Source: Bacteroidales bacterium
GTDB lineage: Bacteria; Bacteroidota; Bacteroidia; Bacteroidales; GCA-2748055
Direction of reading: 5' to 3'
Assembly (NCBI GenBank): GCA_040880545.1
Contig: JBBDIE010000194.1
Location: forward strand, 236 to 60,063
DNA: 59,828 nt
Shown here: piece after piece, positions 19,540-30,254 of the stretch
Layout: each line of letters starts with the position of its first letter
Numbering within the stretch: the stretch's first letter is position 1
Program-made: the position numbers and the translations under genes
The notes under the pieces: model-generated
The model's database searches: none
What the model saw: only the letters and a program-made list of their open reading frames with translations
What the model was told of the DNA's origin: nothing

Positions 19540-20670
19540 ATGGCATTGAACAGAAAAAAATTAATCAATAGATCCGCTACCATTATATCGATAGTCGTGG
19601 TGCTGGGAATAATTCTCATACCCAAATTAAAACCGATGTTACAGTCGGAACAAGGTATGAGTTCCGGTATGCCCGCACCAGGTATGGGCCGGGGTACCCA
19701 GGTATTGTTTGCCAGTGGATATATTATTAAACCCACCCGGATGAATGAGCTGATCTACACCACGGGTTCCCTGATTCCCGACGAGCAGGTGGAACTGGCC
19801 TTCGAAACATCAGGAAAAGTGGTGGGAATCTATTTTAAGGAGGGTACCAGGGTGAAGAAGGGACAGTTACTGGCTAAGATCAATGACAGGCCTTTGCAGG
19901 CGCAGCTTTTAAAATTGCAGGCCCAGCGAAAGCTAACGGAAGAGCGGGAGTTCAGACAGCGCCAGCTGCTGGATCGGGATGCTATCAGCCGGGAAAGTTA
20001 TGACCAGGTTGCCACAGAACTTCAGTCGCTTGAAGCAGATATCCAACTGATCGAAGCACGTATTTCAGAAACAGAATTGAGGGCACCCTTTGATGGTGTA
20101 GTTGGTTTACGAATGATCAGTGAAGGTGCTTTCGCAACCACACAGACGAAGATAATCAGCCTGGTAAAGATCAGCCCCCTGAAAATTGAATTTTCGGTTC
20201 CCGAACGGTATGCCGGCGAAATATCTCCCGGGTTCCCTATCTCATTTGAGGTGGATGGAATCACAAAGACTTTTACTGCCAAAGTATATGCCGTTGATCC
20301 AAAAGTGGATGAGAAGACCCGTACCATCGTCGCCAGGGCCATGTATCCCAACAGCAAGGAAGAATTGAAACCCGGCCGGTATGCCAGCATCAGGGTATTA
20401 TTGTCGGAAATTGAAAACACAATAGCCATCCCAACCCAGGCAGTTATTCCGGAAATGGGGGGTGAGAAAGTATTCATCATAAAAAACGGGAAAGCTTCAG
20501 AGGTCAGGATTCAAACAGGACTGCGAACAGAATCACATATTCAGATCAAGGAAGGACTCCGGTTTGGTGACACACTGCTGACAACGGCCATATTACAGTT
20601 GCGCCATAATATACCGGTACAGCTTGACACAATTATCAGCAACGAACCCATTGTAAACAGCATACCATGA
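19540..20670 (+). CDS. RND efflux periplasmic adaptor (membrane fusion protein)
   Basis: HlyD/AcrA-like layout with coiled-coil hairpin, lipoyl and beta-barrel segments. Its stop overlaps the next start (ATGA). Confidence 0.9.
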   Translation: MALNRKKLINRSATIISIVVVLGIILIPKLKPMLQSEQGMSSGMPAPGMGRGTQVLFASGYIIKPTRMNELIYTTGSLIPDEQVELAFETSGKVVGIYFKEGTRVKKGQLLAKINDRPLQAQLLKLQAQRKLTEEREFRQRQLLDRDAISRESYDQVATELQSLEADIQLIEARISETELRAPFDGVVGLRMISEGAFATTQTKIISLVKISPLKIEFSVPERYAGEISPGFPISFEVDGITKTFTAKVYAVDPKVDEKTRTIVARAMYPNSKEELKPGRYASIRVLLSEIENTIAIPTQAVIPEMGGEKVFIIKNGKASEVRIQTGLRTESHIQIKEGLRFGDTLLTTAILQLRHNIPVQLDTIISNEPIVNSIP

Positions 20671-23600
20671 GTCTGGCATCAGTTAGCATACAAAGACCTG
20701 TATTAGCAACCGTATTCTCACTGGTTATCCTTCTATTTGGTGCCATTGGACTTACCCGTCTTGGGGTGAGAGAGTTTCCGAGTGTCGATCCTCCCCTGAT
20801 TTCTGTGAGTACATCCTATCCGGGAGCAAATTCCGATGTAATAGAAACCCAGATCACCGAACCCCTGGAACAATCGATTAATGGTATTCCCGGGATACGA
20901 ACCTTAACCAGCAGCAGTAGCCAGGGGCGCAGTAGAATTACCGTTGAGTTTGAATTGTCTGTTGATATGGAGACCGCGGCCAATGACGTACGCGATAAGG
21001 TGTCGCAGGCCCAACGCTTCCTGCCGCGGGATTGTGATCCCCCCACCGTTTCCAAAGCCGATGCTGATGCCAGCCCGATTATGATGATTGCTGTGCAGAG
21101 TACCAAAAGATCCCTACTCGGACTTTCAGAAATTGCCGAACTAACATTTAAAGAGCAGTTGCAGACCGTCTCCGGGGTCAGCGCTGTCATGATCTGGGGA
21201 GAGAAAAGATACGCCATGCGAATCTGGCTCGATCCCGAAAAGCTGGCCGGATACCAAATGACACCCCTGGATGTACGCAATGCAATCATTCGCGAAAATG
21301 TGGAGCTCCCTGCAGGCAGTATCGAAGGCAATACCACTGAACTAACCATCCGCGCCCTGGGACTCATGACCACCCCGCAGGAATTTAACAGCCTTATCCT
21401 GCGACAAACTGGCGATCAGATTGTACGGGTAAGCGATATCGGCAGGGCAGAATTAGGACCGGAGGACCTTCGCGGAATCATGCGAATGAACAATATCCCC
21501 ACGGTTGCTGCCATTATCATTCCCCAACCGGGCGCAAACCATATCGATATCGTGGATGAGGTATACAGCAGACTGGAATACATCAAAAAAGACCTACCTG
21601 ATGATGTTAAATATGTGGTGGGCTTCGATAATACAAAATATATCCGTTCATCTATTAAAGAGGTTCAGAATACCATATATCTCGCCTTCTTTCTTGTACT
21701 TTTCATCATTTTTATCTTCCTGCGTGACTGGCGGACTACCATTATTCCGATCCTGGTGATCCCCGTTTCACTGGTAGGTTCTTTCTTTGTAATGTACATA
21801 TTCGGGTTCACCATCAATGTGCTTACTCTGCTGGCCGTCGTACTCTCCATTGGCTTGGTGGTTGATGATGCCATTGTGATGATGGAAAATATATACGTAA
21901 AAATTGAACAGGGAATGTCGCCCAGAGAGGCTGGGATCAAGGGGGCCAATGAAATATTTTTTGCCATTATATCCACCACCATTACGGTCATTGCTGTATT
22001 TATACCCATTGTTTTCCTGGAGGGAATGACGGGAAGATTGTTCAGGGAATTCAGTATTGTGATTGCAGGAGCTGTGGCCATCTCATCATTTGTGGCCCTG
22101 TCCCTCACTCCCATGCTTTCAACCAAACTATTAAAAACCCGGCATAAGCATTCCAGACTCTACAATTACACAGAAAAATTCTTTATCTCCCTGAATAGAA
22201 TTTACAAGGATTCACTCAATACATTTCTCGAAAAGAGATATATCGCCTACATCATTCTTGTCGCATCATTTGTGCTGATCTTCGTATTGTGGAAAAATAT
22301 TCCTGCCGAGATGGCACCACTGGAGGATCGTTCACGGCTCACTATCAGAACCACAACCCAGGAGGGAGCTACCTACGAATTCAATCTCGGGTTTATCGAA
22401 GATATCGCCGAAATGGTGGAAGAAACCGTACCCGAAAGTGAAGAGATTACCCAGAGGGCCTGGAGTTCCGGCGGATTTGTAATCGTATCCCTGGTTGAAC
22501 CCTCTGAGAGAGAACGAACCCAGAATGATATTGCCAATCAGTTGTCGGGGAAACTGCGAACAATGACCAAGGCCCGTGCCAACGTTATGCAGCAATCGAC
22601 ATTTGGTGGCAGGCGGGCCGGACTTCCGATTCAGTATGTACTGCAGGCGCCCACCATCGATAAATTACGGGAAATTCTACCTCCATTTATGGAGGAGGTA
22701 AATAACAACCCCATTTTCGAAATGGCCGATGTTAATCTAAAATTCACCAAACCTGAGTTGCAGATTGTAATTAACCGGGATAAGGCCAACCTTCTGGGAG
22801 TATCAACTCAGAATATCGGGCAGACATTGCAGCTTGCACTCAGTGGTCAACGGTTTGGCTATTTTATCATGAATGGTAAGCAATATCAGATCCTGGGCGA
22901 ACTGGCCAGGGAGGACCGGAATAAACCCCTGGATCTGAAATCGTTGTATGTGAGAAATAATACCGGGGAAATGGTGCAACTGGACAATTTTGTTACCCTC
23001 CGGGAATCAACAGCACCGCCCCAGTTATACCGCTATAACAGGTTCGTGGCCGCCACCGTAACTTCCGGACTGGCCGAAGGAAAAACCATTAGTCAGGGTA
23101 TTGCTGAGATGGATAAAATTGCAGATAAAGTGTTGGACGATTCTTTCAGAACTGCACTCGACGGCGATTCTAAAGACTACATGGAAAGTTCCTCCAGCCT
23201 GATGTTTGCATTCCTGCTGGCCATTCTCCTTATTTTCCTGGTACTCTCGGCACAGTTTGAAAGTTTTAAAGACCCGCTCATCGTTATGATGACCGTTCCC
23301 CTGGCACTTACGGGCGCGCTGCTGTTTATGTGGTATTTCGGAATTACCATGAACATTTTCAGCCAGATAGGAATCATTATGCTCATTGGACTTGTCTCCA
23401 AAAACGGTATCCTCATCGTGGAATTTGCCAACCAGAGAAAAACAGCCGGAATGAGCAAAAATGAGGCGATCCGGTTCTCCGCTGCAGCCAGGTTCAGGCC
23501 AATCCTCATGACGAGCTTGTCAACTATCCTGGGAGTTCTTCCGCTTGCCCTGGGTTGGGGAGAAGGTGCACAGAGCCGTGTTGCCATGGGTGTCGCGGTT

Positions 23601-23729
23601 GTAGGTGGACTTACACTTTCCACATTGCTTACACTGTATGTTGTTCCTGCTATTTACCTCTTAATTTCAAGCGAAACGAAAAGTATTAATGATGAACCAG
23701 TTAATTCCATTGAAGTTGAGACCCCTTAG
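20667..23729 (+). CDS. RND efflux permease (AcrB/HAE1 family)
   Basis: 1020 aa with a 12-TM AcrB architecture and conserved VVDDAIVMMENI and KNGILIVEFAN segments. Confidence 0.95.
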   Translation: MSLASVSIQRPVLATVFSLVILLFGAIGLTRLGVREFPSVDPPLISVSTSYPGANSDVIETQITEPLEQSINGIPGIRTLTSSSSQGRSRITVEFELSVDMETAANDVRDKVSQAQRFLPRDCDPPTVSKADADASPIMMIAVQSTKRSLLGLSEIAELTFKEQLQTVSGVSAVMIWGEKRYAMRIWLDPEKLAGYQMTPLDVRNAIIRENVELPAGSIEGNTTELTIRALGLMTTPQEFNSLILRQTGDQIVRVSDIGRAELGPEDLRGIMRMNNIPTVAAIIIPQPGANHIDIVDEVYSRLEYIKKDLPDDVKYVVGFDNTKYIRSSIKEVQNTIYLAFFLVLFIIFIFLRDWRTTIIPILVIPVSLVGSFFVMYIFGFTINVLTLLAVVLSIGLVVDDAIVMMENIYVKIEQGMSPREAGIKGANEIFFAIISTTITVIAVFIPIVFLEGMTGRLFREFSIVIAGAVAISSFVALSLTPMLSTKLLKTRHKHSRLYNYTEKFFISLNRIYKDSLNTFLEKRYIAYIILVASFVLIFVLWKNIPAEMAPLEDRSRLTIRTTTQEGATYEFNLGFIEDIAEMVEETVPESEEITQRAWSSGGFVIVSLVEPSERERTQNDIANQLSGKLRTMTKARANVMQQSTFGGRRAGLPIQYVLQAPTIDKLREILPPFMEEVNNNPIFEMADVNLKFTKPELQIVINRDKANLLGVSTQNIGQTLQLALSGQRFGYFIMNGKQYQILGELAREDRNKPLDLKSLYVRNNTGEMVQLDNFVTLRESTAPPQLYRYNRFVAATVTSGLAEGKTISQGIAEMDKIADKVLDDSFRTALDGDSKDYMESSSSLMFAFLLAILLIFLVLSAQFESFKDPLIVMMTVPLALTGALLFMWYFGITMNIFSQIGIIMLIGLVSKNGILIVEFANQRKTAGMSKNEAIRFSAAARFRPILMTSLSTILGVLPLALGWGEGAQSRVAMGVAVVGGLTLSTLLTLYVVPAIYLLISSETKSINDEPVNSIEVETP

Positions 23730-25047
23730 CCAGAAATATCGTTTACTTTATCTGTTCATTTTCTTCTTCACAACGGTAAATACCGGAGCCCAGGAAATAT
23801 ACGATCTGAGCCGATGTATTCAAGCCGGACTGGAAAGAAATTTCAACCTGCAGGTAGTCCGCAACAGCGAGGAAATAGCATTGAACAACCATTCCAAGGG
23901 AAATGCCGGCATGTTGCCAACGGTAACTGCTGTCAACCGCTTCGGGGGTACATTGAACAGTACCGATCAAAATTATGTGGACGGCTCCAGAAATTCCTCT
24001 TCAAACATTCACAATACATCAGGATCAGCAGCGATTAACCTCGGAATGACCATCTTCAGGGGGTTCCAGGTACAAAATACCTACCTAAAACTGGGGGAAC
24101 AGGCCGAACTGGAAGGGCTTAAAACACAGATGGCCATAGAAAACCTGATTTCACAGATCGTATCGGAATACAACTACTACCTGCAACAAATGGCCCTCTA
24201 TGTGAACCTGGACTATTCCGTTTCATTGTCCCGTGAACGTGCACGAATCGATGAACAACGCTACCTGCTGGGATCTGCATCCAAAATGCAGCTGCTGCAG
24301 TCACTGGTCTACCTGAATGCCGACAGTTCAAGACTTGCCAGGCAAAATGAAGTATTGCGGACCTCTCAGATCAGACTGAACGAACTAATGGCCAGCGACA
24401 ACCTGGGAGAGATTATAACGCTGATGGATACAGTCATTGACATTAACAAGGCCCTTTCGTATGATTCGCTGATTAATGAAACACTTAATTACAATACCAG
24501 TCTGCAGATCGCTTCCAGGAACCAGGTGATTTCGGAACTGGATTATAAAATTATAGAATCACGGGCCTATCCCTATCTTTCCTTGTCGTCTGGCTACGGC
24601 TACAACTACAATAGCTACGGGAACAGCCAGTTGATTAACCAGCACACACTTGGAATGAACTATGGGTTGACATTGGGGGTTGATATTTTCGACGGGTTTA
24701 ACCGCAACCGGGAAAAAAGCAATGCACGCATTGAAATTGAGAACAGATCAATCCTCTACAAGGAGGTGGAACAAGAGGTAAGGGCCGACCTTCTTACCAT
24801 TTACTACGCATACGAAAACAACTTACGACTGCTCAGGCTGGAAGAACAAAATCTGGAGGTGGCCATGGAAAACCTGGAAATAGCCCTGGAACAATACAAA
24901 CTGGGAAGCCTGGCCGGACTCGAACTCCGTGAAGTACAAAAGAGCCTCCTGGACGCTGAGGAACGGCTGATAACCGTTAAATACCTTACTAAAGTTGCTG
25001 AAATCTCATTGCTCCAGATTTCGGGAAATATCATGGATTACTTGTAA
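23689..25047 (+). CDS. TolC-family outer membrane efflux protein
   Basis: 452 aa with a signal peptide and two OEP repeats. It is the third gene of the RND operon. The start overlaps the permease by 41 nt and is uncertain. Confidence 0.85.
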   Translation: MMNQLIPLKLRPLSQKYRLLYLFIFFFTTVNTGAQEIYDLSRCIQAGLERNFNLQVVRNSEEIALNNHSKGNAGMLPTVTAVNRFGGTLNSTDQNYVDGSRNSSSNIHNTSGSAAINLGMTIFRGFQVQNTYLKLGEQAELEGLKTQMAIENLISQIVSEYNYYLQQMALYVNLDYSVSLSRERARIDEQRYLLGSASKMQLLQSLVYLNADSSRLARQNEVLRTSQIRLNELMASDNLGEIITLMDTVIDINKALSYDSLINETLNYNTSLQIASRNQVISELDYKIIESRAYPYLSLSSGYGYNYNSYGNSQLINQHTLGMNYGLTLGVDIFDGFNRNREKSNARIEIENRSILYKEVEQEVRADLLTIYYAYENNLRLLRLEEQNLEVAMENLEIALEQYKLGSLAGLELREVQKSLLDAEERLITVKYLTKVAEISLLQISGNIMDYL

Positions 25048-25076
25048 TTGACAACTGAACCATGACCACTCCCCGG

Positions 25077-25886
25077 TCAGGTGTAAATATCTTTCTTCTT
25101 ATAAATCCAGTATGAAAGTGCTGTCAGCAACACCGAAATTCCCACAAAATAGGCCAAAGTTCCAATCTTAACACCAGGATCCGGGTTGATCGCATCCGCA
25201 TCCACAAAATAAAACGGGCTCACGTACCCTATAAATGCTACACTTTCTGCAATTTTTGCAATATTGTAAATGAAATAAAAAACCAACACCAGCGCGATTC
25301 CAAAAACAGTAAATGGCTTTGCCCTTCTGATCAGTGTCGATATGAAAAGGCCAAGGGCCCCAAAGAGGTATGTCAGCAACATGGTATTAAACGAGAGTAT
25401 AAGAAATGCTTTGATACTGAAGGGTCCTGATTTAACCAGCTCTATGCTCACAAATCCAGCGAATGCTGTGACCAGGTTCAGTAAGAATATATTGAGAACG
25501 ATAACGGCCAGCTTACTTAAAAAAACCTCGCTTCGGGAGATAGGGCGCGACAGCAGGTACTCGGCAGTATTGTTGTACTCTTCCTTCAACAGGATGTTGG
25601 AGGATAGTACGATGGAAAAGACACTACCCAGTACCATCATGTAGATGAGGTTATTGGCAGTATAAAAACCAAATACAGATAGCAGGTCGTTGACATTGGA
25701 GATCCCTTTGAACTGCAACATACCTTCCGGAAATAGTTTCATCAAATCAAGTATCTTGGCCTGGTTCTCCAGAAATATCGGATAAGCCGACATCGTAACC
25801 GACATTAAGAGGATGATTACAGCCATCCAGATGATGAGGTTGGGTAAATTCATCCTCATCTCCTTTTTAAAGAGGTTCCTGTTCAT
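25077..25886 (-). CDS. ABC-2 type transporter permease
   Basis: 269-aa polytopic membrane protein directly downstream of the ABC ATPase. Confidence 0.75.
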   Translation of the reverse strand: MNRNLFKKEMRMNLPNLIIWMAVIILLMSVTMSAYPIFLENQAKILDLMKLFPEGMLQFKGISNVNDLLSVFGFYTANNLIYMMVLGSVFSIVLSSNILLKEEYNNTAEYLLSRPISRSEVFLSKLAVIVLNIFLLNLVTAFAGFVSIELVKSGPFSIKAFLILSFNTMLLTYLFGALGLFISTLIRRAKPFTVFGIALVLVFYFIYNIAKIAESVAFIGYVSPFYFVDADAINPDPGVKIGTLAYFVGISVLLTALSYWIYKKKDIYT

Positions 25887-25898
25887 AAATCGTCTGCC

Positions 25899-26789
25899 TT
25901 AATGTTCATAATAGTGCATAAATATTTCGTCCAGCGAAGGTTCCTCAATCCTGAGGTTAGATATCTGCATTCCCGAAATGATACCCACAAGTTCGTTGAT
26001 GTTACCTGAATAGAGGAACGTTGTACTGTTGTCGGCCCCAACAAGCAAACTCTCAACTCCCGGAATGTTAAATTTTTCCCGGACCATTCCGGTTTCAAAT
26101 TCCATATACACCTTCTTAAGTTGCTTCTTTCTCAATGTTTCTATATCCTCCATCTGAACAATCTGCCCCTCCTTGATAATGGCCACCCGTTTGCAGAGCA
26201 TCTGCACCTCACTGAGTACATGGGATGAGAAAAATACAGTCATTCCTTTCTTGTTCTCAGACCTGAGCAACTCAAAAAATATGGATTGCATGAGTGGATC
26301 CAGACCGGTGGTCGGCTCATCAATGATCAATAGTTTCGGCCTGTGCATCAGGCTCTGGACGATGGATACCTTCTTGCGGTTCCCCATAGAGAGCTCAGCT
26401 ATCTTACGTTTCAGATCCAGATTGAACAGCATGGCGAGTTCCTTTATTCTATCCTCACCATCTCCTTTGTTGTAAAAACGGTAGCAATACCTGAGAAATT
26501 CATGCACGTCCATATACGGATAAGGGATCGCATCGGAAGGAATGTACCCGACCGACTGCTTAATCTTCTTCGTATCCCTGGCTGTATCCATGCCCATTAT
26601 AGAGGCACTTCCATCTGTGGGGAAAATCATATTCATCAGTATACGAATGGTAGTCGATTTCCCGGCTCCGTTGGGACCAATGAACCCAAATATCTCCCCC
26701 TCCTCCACTGCCAGATTCACATGCTCTATACCCCTGATCCTGCCGTAAAATTTTGTAAGGTTTTTTATATCTATAATTGACGTTCCCAT
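25899..26789 (-). CDS. ABC transporter ATP-binding protein
   Basis: Walker A GPNGAGKST, signature LSMGNRKK, Walker B LLIIDEPTTGLD. Confidence 0.92.
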   Translation of the reverse strand: MGTSIIDIKNLTKFYGRIRGIEHVNLAVEEGEIFGFIGPNGAGKSTTIRILMNMIFPTDGSASIMGMDTARDTKKIKQSVGYIPSDAIPYPYMDVHEFLRYCYRFYNKGDGEDRIKELAMLFNLDLKRKIAELSMGNRKKVSIVQSLMHRPKLLIIDEPTTGLDPLMQSIFFELLRSENKKGMTVFFSSHVLSEVQMLCKRVAIIKEGQIVQMEDIETLRKKQLKKVYMEFETGMVREKFNIPGVESLLVGADNSTTFLYSGNINELVGIISGMQISNLRIEEPSLDEIFMHYYEH

Positions 26790-26965
26790 TATGGTACAAT
26801 GTTTAAACCAATGTAATATTTATGAACTGGAGGGTGCGTTGTCTCTAATTCCGCTTATGCAGCGGAACTTAGCGATTTAAAATCAAATATATACTTTAGA
26901 AGTGATAAGGTGAGAAAAAATTATTAACGTATGAAAGAGAAGCAGTATTTACCGAAGTATCAAGA

Positions 26966-26985
26966 TTCCCTTCGGTCATGAGCCC
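26966..26985. repeat. copy of the dispersed short intergenic repeat (TTCCCTYCGGTCATGAGCYCC)
   Basis: ttcccttcggtcatgagcccc here compared with ttccctccggtcatgagctcc at 58195..58215. The core gtcatgagc also occurs at 40309..40317. Confidence 0.7.
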
Positions 26986-27050
26986 CGGCCAATCCGGTCA
27001 CTCACATCTTCTATACGTCGAAAACTGAAAACTACTTTTTATTGCAAACA

Positions 27051-27647
27051 CTAACTATGGATAAAACGACACCCCTTCCCCTGTAGTTCCCTTATTACAT
27101 CTTCATATCCTTCGACATCTATGGGAAAGGTTCCATCTTCAATCACGGTTACCTTAAATCCCTCCCCCAGGGCATCCAGTACCGAAAACCGGACACAGAC
27201 ATCGGCTGCAAGCCCGCAAATGTACAGTTCATTGGCGCCACGTTCACGCAGGTACCCGGCCAGGCCTGTATTTCTTTTATGTCCATTGTCGTAAAATCCA
27301 CTGTAACTGTCAATCTCCCAATGAACCCCTTTCCTGAAGATAGCCTCTACCCTGTCGGTATTCAGGTCTGGATGAATTTCAGCGCCCTTTGTATTTTTAA
27401 CGCAATGGTCGGGCCAGAGGATCTGTTCCAGACCCTGCCACAGAATCTTCTCGAACGGCTTTTTACCACGGTGGTTCGAAGCAAAACTGCTGTGATTTTC
27501 CGGGTGCCAGTCCTGTGTGGCCACCACAAGGTCAAAATTTGGTTGAATACGGTTAATAACCGGAACTATTTGATCACCACCCGGAACTTCCAGTGATCCT
27601 CCCGGCATAAAGTCGTTTTGTGCATCTATAATAACAAGTGTTTTCAT
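27051..27647 (-). CDS. pncA: nicotinamidase/pyrazinamidase
   Basis: Isochorismatase fold with IIDAQNDF, QDWHP, and catalytic Cys in GLAADVCV. Confidence 0.9.
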   Translation of the reverse strand: MKTLVIIDAQNDFMPGGSLEVPGGDQIVPVINRIQPNFDLVVATQDWHPENHSSFASNHRGKKPFEKILWQGLEQILWPDHCVKNTKGAEIHPDLNTDRVEAIFRKGVHWEIDSYSGFYDNGHKRNTGLAGYLRERGANELYICGLAADVCVRFSVLDALGEGFKVTVIEDGTFPIDVEGYEDVIRELQGKGCRFIHS

Positions 27648-27715
27648 CTCTTCAGTTTTTTAAATTTTTGGAAATGTAAAAAGCTACCCCTGAACCTCCC
27701 ATTCTATTCTCAAGA

Positions 27716-29125
27716 CTAACGTAGTCCTCGCATTTCCCGGATCAGCGAATTCTTCATATTCATCAGGCCGTCGCTGATTCCGATTTTGTACCTGTGTGGA
27801 AACTCAAATCGCTTATATTCTTCAGGCAATTGACGAAGCCTCTGTCGTGCATATCCTGAGATTTCCTGCAAAGAAAGCTGCCTGCCGGTGCGTTTCCCTT
27901 TTTCCATCACTTTCTCCAATAGCTCCTCTTTTCTGTACTCTTCAATATTGAGTGATTTGCCATATTCATAGGGATGGTGCATGTTTTTAAATATTCCCTC
28001 ATCCTCTAGGGATACGGCATCCATTCCCGTCCATGTTCCATCATCATTTATAAAACGAAACACCTGTTTCTTAGCCGGTAGGGTGATTTTTTCGATATTC
28101 TCAGAAATCTTTATACGCGGCTTTCCATGGGCGAAGGCCAGTTTATAAACCCCATCCAATGCAGCATCCGGTGCACCTGTAACAAGGCTGGTACCCACGC
28201 CGAAGAAATCAATGGGCGCATGCTGTTCATTCAAACTCCGGATCACATATTCATCCAGTTGGTTAGAAACTGCTATTTTCACATCGTGTAGTCCCGCACC
28301 ATCCAGGAGTTTCCTGCTCTCCTTCGCAAAAAAGGCCAGATCGCCACTATCCAGGCGGATCCCTGCCAGTCTCTCTCCCCGTTTTTTCATCTCCAGTCCA
28401 ACCCGGATGGCGTTGGGTATCCCGCTTTTAAGCGTATCATAAGTATCCACCAACAATACTGTATTTCCGGGGTGCACCCTGGCATAATTCCTGAATGCCT
28501 CGATCTCCTCATCATAGCTCTGAATAAAACTGTGCGCCATTGTACCCGAAACAGGTATATTGAAATCCCGGCCAGCCCGAACATTGCTTGTGGCATCGAA
28601 TCCACCGATTATTGCGGCCCTACTCGCGTAATACCCACCACTGCCATGGGCCCTTCGCAAGCCGAAATCTACCAGGGTCCGATCCCCCGCAACGATTCGC
28701 ATCCGGCTCGCCTTGGTGGCTACAAGCGTCTGAAAATTCAGCACGTTCAACAGCAATGTCTCAATGATCTGCGCCTCAACCAGGGCAGCTTCAACAATCA
28801 GCACCGGTCTGACCGGAAATACCACATCGCCCTCACGACTACTGTATATGTTTCCGGTAAATCTGAATTTTTCCAGGTAACTCAAAAAATCATCCGGATA
28901 GCCATGATGAGCCAGATATGCAAGATCCTTCTGATCAAACTTCAGGCTTTCAAGGATCTCCAGCAAGACCTCCAGTCCTGCAAACAACGCGTACCCACCT
29001 CCGAATGGCAGTTTTCTGAAAAAATAGTCAAATACGGACCTCTCCTCTGCCCGTCCCTGTTTGAAACCGGCCAGTGCCATGGTTAGCTGGTAATGATCTG
29101 TATAACTTCCCGTATAATCAATCAT
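27716..29125 (-). CDS. pncB: nicotinate phosphoribosyltransferase
   Basis: 469 aa with DHYQLTMA, GTMAHSFIQ and LLVDTYDT motifs. Confidence 0.9.
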   Translation of the reverse strand: MIDYTGSYTDHYQLTMALAGFKQGRAEERSVFDYFFRKLPFGGGYALFAGLEVLLEILESLKFDQKDLAYLAHHGYPDDFLSYLEKFRFTGNIYSSREGDVVFPVRPVLIVEAALVEAQIIETLLLNVLNFQTLVATKASRMRIVAGDRTLVDFGLRRAHGSGGYYASRAAIIGGFDATSNVRAGRDFNIPVSGTMAHSFIQSYDEEIEAFRNYARVHPGNTVLLVDTYDTLKSGIPNAIRVGLEMKKRGERLAGIRLDSGDLAFFAKESRKLLDGAGLHDVKIAVSNQLDEYVIRSLNEQHAPIDFFGVGTSLVTGAPDAALDGVYKLAFAHGKPRIKISENIEKITLPAKKQVFRFINDDGTWTGMDAVSLEDEGIFKNMHHPYEYGKSLNIEEYRKEELLEKVMEKGKRTGRQLSLQEISGYARQRLRQLPEEYKRFEFPHRYKIGISDGLMNMKNSLIREMRGLR

Positions 29126-29136
29126 CGGAAACTGTT

Positions 29137-29673
29137 CTATGAATCAAATTTATTTGCTGTTTTCTCTTTATATACACGGAGGTCGGTCTCGGAAAAGGTA
29201 ACCATCCGAATGATCTTTACAAATTTGAGATGTTCCATGGTCGATTTAATAGTGCTGATGACAACTTCTGCAGCTGCCTCCAGCGGATAACCAAAAGCCC
29301 CGGTGGAAATGGAGGGGAAGGCAATCGAACCGATCTTATTTTCATCAGCCAGCAGCAGTGCATTCCTGTAACATGCAGCCAGCAATTTATCCTCCGGTTT
29401 ATCTACACCATATACCGGTCCAAGACAATGGATTACATGGGAATTGGGCAGGTTGTGTCCCCTGGTGATCACAGCCTCCCCGGGTTTTATGGGAGCCAAA
29501 GGCAGGCACTCCTCCACAAGCCCGGAACCCGCTGCCCGATGTATGGCACCTGCAACTCCACCTCCCGGTAAAAGCCTGGCATTTGCTGCATTTACAACGG
29601 CTTCGATATCCTGCTGCGCTGTAATATCTCCTGAAACACATTCAAAGTCTATTCCCTGATATTTTTTTACCAT
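29137..29673 (-). CDS. macro domain protein (O-acetyl-ADP-ribose deacetylase/ADP-ribose-binding type)
   Basis: VNAANARLLPGGGVAGAIHRAAG and SIAFPSISTGAFGYP motifs. It lies 11 nt upstream of pncB. Confidence 0.88.
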   Translation of the reverse strand: MVKKYQGIDFECVSGDITAQQDIEAVVNAANARLLPGGGVAGAIHRAAGSGLVEECLPLAPIKPGEAVITRGHNLPNSHVIHCLGPVYGVDKPEDKLLAACYRNALLLADENKIGSIAFPSISTGAFGYPLEAAAEVVISTIKSTMEHLKFVKIIRMVTFSETDLRVYKEKTANKFDS

Positions 29674-29899
29674 AGATTCACTCTTTTACGGGTAGACGAT
29701 TAACCCTGCAGGATGTTCAAACTAAGGCAATACACCCTCCCTGTTAGTCGTACACTAATTATCAAAGGTAGGGAATTATTAAGGTTTCGTGAATTTTTCC
29801 AAATGAAGATTCTAACGCGAAATAGCGCACCCACAGGTTGCAGTCACCCCAAATTGAGAACAACTGAATGAAGTCATTTGCATTCAATTTAAAAAGCAG

Positions 29900-30253
29900 T
29901 TAACTTTTTTTGCCCTGCTTATATAACAAGATGGTTACCTCTTCAGTGACAGCGAGGCAACCATACCGCACTGACTCAAGTATAGGTTTAATCTGGTTGA
30001 AAAATGACAGTATCTTCTCTTCTCTGTCAATTATTTCAACCATTACCGGCAATTTTTCAGTTATTTCCCAGAATTTATAGGAATGAATGACCGAACTGGC
30101 CCCATAACCGAAAATTCCCTTGTGCACCGTTGCCCCTGATAAACCTGCCTCCTTTGCTTTAAAAACAATTGATTCATAGAGTAACTGCTGCTTGTTCTTA
30201 TCGGTGGAACCCATATAAATTCGCAGCGACAACGCTTTGGAATTATTTTCCAT
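29900..30253 (-). CDS. DUF190 (PII-like) protein commonly linked to fluoride channels
   Basis: 117 aa directly downstream of crcB (1-nt gap), with the typical DUF190 size and layout. Confidence 0.7.
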   Translation of the reverse strand: MENNSKALSLRIYMGSTDKNKQQLLYESIVFKAKEAGLSGATVHKGIFGYGASSVIHSYKFWEITEKLPVMVEIIDREEKILSFFNQIKPILESVRYGCLAVTEEVTILLYKQGKKS

Positions 30254-30254
30254 A

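Noticed and set aside
29674-29899. NAD-responsive riboswitch upstream of the macro-pncB-pncA operon.
   Set aside because: I could not recognise the nadA or pnuC motif features. Only a weak hairpin at about 29866..29888 is present, and it more likely ends the DUF190 transcript.
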